A stretch of 64,000 bases of DNA. Origin: Eledone cirrhosa (Eukaryota). The stretch covers positions 82,770,001 to 82,834,000 of the forward strand of contig OZ024745.1 in assembly GCA_964016885.1 (NCBI GenBank), given 5' to 3'. The translations under genes and the position numbers were made by a program. Under the pieces are notes generated by a model. That model was not told the DNA's origin and did no database searches. It was given only the letters and a program-made list of their open reading frames with translations. How positions within the stretch are numbered: position 1 is the first letter of the stretch; each line of letters starts with the position of its first letter. Below are positions 60,301 to 64,000 of this stretch, piece by piece.

Positions 60301-63300
60301 CCTTACATAACCCCTTTACCACCATTACAGTGAACAATGTAGTCTTACATAACCCCTTTACCACCATTACAGTTGACAATGTAGTCTTACATAACCCCTT
60401 TACCACCATTACAGTTGACAATGTAATCTTACATAACCCCTTTACCACCATTACAGTGGACAGTGTAGCCTTACATAACCCCTTTACCACCATTACAGTG
60501 GACAATGTAGTCTTACATAACCCCTTTACCACCATTACAGTGGACAGTGTAGCCTTACATAACCATCTACCACCATTACAGTGGGTAATGTAGTCTTACA
60601 TAACCCCTTTACCACCATTACAGTGGACAATGTAGTCTTACATAACCCCTCTACCACCATTACAGTGGACAATGTCGTCTTACATAACCCCTTTACCACC
60701 ATTACAGTGGACAACGTAGTCTTACATAACCCCTTTACCACCATTACAGTGGCCAATGTAGCCTTACATAACCCCTTTACCACCATTACGGTGGACAGTG
60801 TAGCCTTACATAACCCCTTTACCACCATTACAGTGGACAATGTAGTCTTACATAACCCCTTTACCACCATTACAGTGGACAATTTTGTCTTACATAACCC
60901 CTTTACCACCATTAAAGTAGACAATGTAGTCTTACATAACCCCTCTACCACCATTACAGTGGGTAACGTAGTCTTACATAACCCCTTTACCACCATTAAA
61001 GTGGACAATGTAGTCTTACATAACCCCTTTACCACCATTACAGTGGACAATGTAGTCTTACATAACCCCTTTACCACCATTACAGTGGACAATGTAGCCT
61101 TACATAACCCCTTTACCACCATTAGAGTTTACAATGTAGTCTTACATAACCCCTTTACCACCATTACAGTTGACAATGTAATCTTACGTAACCCCTTTAC
61201 CACCATTACAGTGGACAGTGTAGCCTTACATAATCCCTTTACCACCATTAAAGTAGACAATGTAGTCTTACATAACCCCTCTACCACCATTACAGTGGCC
61301 AGTGTAGCCTTACATAACCCCTTTACCACCATTACATTGGACACTGTAGCCTTACATAACCCCTTTACCACCATTACAGTTGACAATGTAGTCTTACATA
61401 ACCCCTTTACCACCATTACAGTGGGAAATGTAGTCTTACATAACCCCTTTACCACCATTACAGTGGACAATGTAGTCTTACATAACCCCTTTACCACCAT
61501 TACAGTGGACAATGTAGTCTTACATAACCCCTTTATCACCATTACAGTGGACAATGTAGTCTTACATAACCCCTTTACCACCATTACAGTGGACAATGTA
61601 GTCTTACATAACCGCTTTACCACCATTACAGTGGACAATGTAGTCTTACATAACCCCTTTACCACCATTACAGTGGACAATGTAGTCTTACATAACCCCT
61701 TTACCACCATTACAGTGGAAAATGTAGTCTTACATAACCCCTTTACCACCATTAAAGTGGACAATGTAGTCTTACATAACCCCTTTACCACCATTACAGT
61801 GGACAATGTAGTCTTACATAACCCCTTTACCACCATTACAGTGGACAATGTAGTCTTACATAACCGCTTTACCACCATTACAGTGGACAATGTAGTCTTA
61901 CATAACCCCTTTACCACCATTACAGTGGACAATGTAGTCTTACATAACCCCTTTACCACCATTACAGTGGACAATGTAGCCTTACATAACCCCTTTACCA
62001 CCATTACAGTGGACAATGTAGTCTTACATAACCCCTTTACCACCATTACAGTGGACAATGTAGTCTTACATAACCCCTTTATCACCATTACAGTGGACAA
62101 TGTAGTCTTACATAACCCCTTTACCACCATTACAGTGGACAATGTAGTCTTACATAACCGCTTTACCACCATTACAGTGGACAATGTAGTCTTACATAAC
62201 CCCTTTACCACCATTACAGTGGACAATGTAGTCTTACATAACCCCTTTACCACCATTACAGTGGACAATGTAGCCTTACATAACCCCTTTACCACCATTA
62301 AAGTGGACAATGTAGTCTTACATAACCCCTTTACCACCATTACATTGGACAATTATGTCTTACATAGTCCCTTTACCACCATTACAGTGGACAGTGTAGC
62401 CTTACATAACCCCTTTACCACCATTACAGTTGACAGTGTAGCCTTACATAACCCCTTTACCACCATTACAGTGGACAGTGTAGCCTTACATAACCCCTTT
62501 ACCACCAATACAGTGGACAATGCAGTCTTACATAACCCCTTTACCACCATTACAGTGGACAATTTTGTCTTACATAACCCCTTTACCACCATTACAGTGC
62601 ACAGTGTAGCCTTACATAACCCCTTTACCACCATTACAGTGGACAGTGTAGCCTTACATAACCCCTTTACCACCATTACAGTGGACAATGTAGTCTTACA
62701 TAACCCCTTTACCACCATTACAGTGGACAATTTTGTCTTACATAACCATTTTACAACCATTACAGTAGACAATGTAGCCTTACATAACCCCTTTACAACC
62801 ATTACAGTGGACAGTGTAGCCTTACATAACCCCTTTACCACCATTACAGTTGACAATGTAGTCTTACATAACCCCTTTACCACCATTACAGTTGACAATG
62901 TAATCTTACATAACCCCTTTACCACCATTACAGTGGACAGTGTAGCCTTACATAACCCCTTTACCACCATTACAGTGGACAGTGTAGCCTTACATAACGC
63001 CTCTACCACCATTACAGTGGGTAATGTAGTCTTACATAACCCCTTTACCACCATTACAGTGGACAATGTAGTCTTACATAACCCCTCTACCACCATTACA
63101 GTGGACAATGTAGTCTTACATAACCCCTTTACCACCATTACAGTTGACAATGTAGTCTTACATAACCCCTTTACCACCATTACAGTGGACAATGTAGCCT
63201 TACATAAACCCTTTACAACCATTACAGTGGACAGTGTAGCCTTACATAACCCCTTTACCACCATTACAGTGGACACTGTAGTGTTACATAACACCTTTAC

Positions 63301-64000
63301 CACCATTACAGTTGACAATGTAGTCTTACATAACCCCTTTACCACCATTACAGTGGACAATGTAGTCTTACATAACCCCTTTACCACCATTACAGTTGAC
63401 AATGTAGTCTTACATAACCCCTTTACCACCATTTCAGTTGACAATGTAATCTTACATAACCCCTTTACCACCATTACAGTGGACAGTGTAGCCTTACATA
63501 ACCCCTTTACCACCATTACAGTGGACAGTGTAGCCTTACATAACCCCTCTACCACCATTACAGTGGGTAATGTAGTCTTACATAACCCCTTTACCACCAT
63601 TACAGTGGACACTGTATTCTTACATAACCCCTCTACCACCATTACAGTGGACAATGTAGTCTTACATTACCCCTTTACCACCATTACAGTAGACAATGTA
63701 GCCTTACATAACCCCTTTACAACCATTACAGTGGACAGTGTAGCCTTACATAACCCCTTTACCACGATTACAGTGGACAATGTGGTCTTACATAACCCCT
63801 TTACCACGATTACAGTGGACAATGTGGTCTTACATAACCCCTTTACCACCATTACAGTTGACAATGTAGTCTTACATAACCCCTTTACCACCATTACAGT
63901 TGACAATGTAATCTTACATAACCCCTTTACCACCATTACAGTGGACAGTGTAGCCTTACATAACCCCTCTACCACCATTACAGTGGGTAATGTAGTCTTA
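51360..64000. repeat. Approximately 3.9-4.3 kb higher-order unit, about 3 copies, the third rearranged and truncated by the window end
   Basis: The AACCATCTACC deletion occurs near 52331, 56657 and 60561; the corresponding ORF ends give spacings of 4325 and 3905. ACAATGGGTAAT occurs at 51677 and 56002. Region-specific variants are GACAATTATGTC (about 53404, 57729, 62348) and GTGTTACATAACACC (about 55261, 59376, 63281). Confidence 0.85.

Larger units (their letters stand above)
1..64000. repeat. 42-bp tandem repeat (satellite) array, about 1,520 head-to-tail monomers, extending beyond both window ends
   Basis: The consensus ACAGTGGACAATGTAGTCTTACATAACCCCTTTACCACCATT can be read continuously from base 1 to base 64000 in one orientation. 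Most monomers differ from it by about 0-3 substitutions, with occasional 1-bp indels. The ORF track shows the matching 14-aa periodicity throughout. Confidence 0.99.

Noticed and set aside
35-63978. All ORF-track ORFs as protein-coding genes (repeat surface protein, mucin-like or antifreeze-like)
   Set aside because: They are translations of the 42-bp unit. They overlap on both strands and have no unique N- or C-terminal domain or signal peptide. The + ORFs start at arbitrary GTG codons. Frameshifts and stops are faithfully copied in higher-order duplications, and the common variants are often non-synonymous. Two stop-free frames out of six in a 14-codon unit is unremarkable.
1-64000. CRISPR array
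   Set aside because: There are no unique spacers. The entire 42 bp is repeated, and no leader or cas genes are present.
1-64000. Diversity-generating retroelement, antigenic-variation cassettes or an information-encoding variant code
   Set aside because: There is no reverse transcriptase, recombinase or expression site, and variation is not adenine-specific. The order of variants is explained by block duplication.
1-64000. Canonical telomerase-synthesised telomere
   Set aside because: The unit is longer than known telomerase repeats, and variants are inherited in kb-scale blocks, as expected from recombination or replication-based amplification rather than re-copying of one RNA template.
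1-64000. Embedded transposon, unique island, strand inversion, or tRNA/rRNA/snRNA tandem gene
   Set aside because: Reading through the window showed no departure from the monomer or its orientation, and the ORF track confirms continuity. The 42-mer resembles no structural RNA I recognise.
1-64000. Pure sequencing or assembly artefact (concatemer)
   Set aside because: Hierarchical, position-specific shared variants and shared indels indicate a genuinely evolved array, although exact block copy numbers could still be misassembled.

Overview
The whole 64 kb is one uninterrupted, head-to-tail tandem array of a 42-bp monomer, about 1,520 copies (64000/42). The + strand consensus is ACAGTGGACAATGTAGTCTTACATAACCCCTTTACCACCATT, with 17/42 G+C, 12 C versus 5 G, and no CpG. 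The array runs off both window ends. I found no unique sequence, spacer, transposon, inversion or recognisable gene. It most likely represents eukaryotic satellite or expanded minisatellite DNA, but the organism cannot be determined from the sequence. The long ORFs on both strands arise because 42 is divisible by 3 and one frame per strand lacks a stop. Three kinds of structure stand out. First, rare variant monomers mark nested, irregular higher-order duplications of 0.4-5.5 kb that change along the array. Second, several recurrent multi-base variants convert imperfect inverted repeats in the monomer into perfect ones, which suggests templated quasi-palindrome mutagenesis. Third, each monomer carries a PAR-bZIP/D-box-like motif at a period of four helical turns. 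I see no evidence for a novel protein-coding system, and all functional ideas below are hypotheses.
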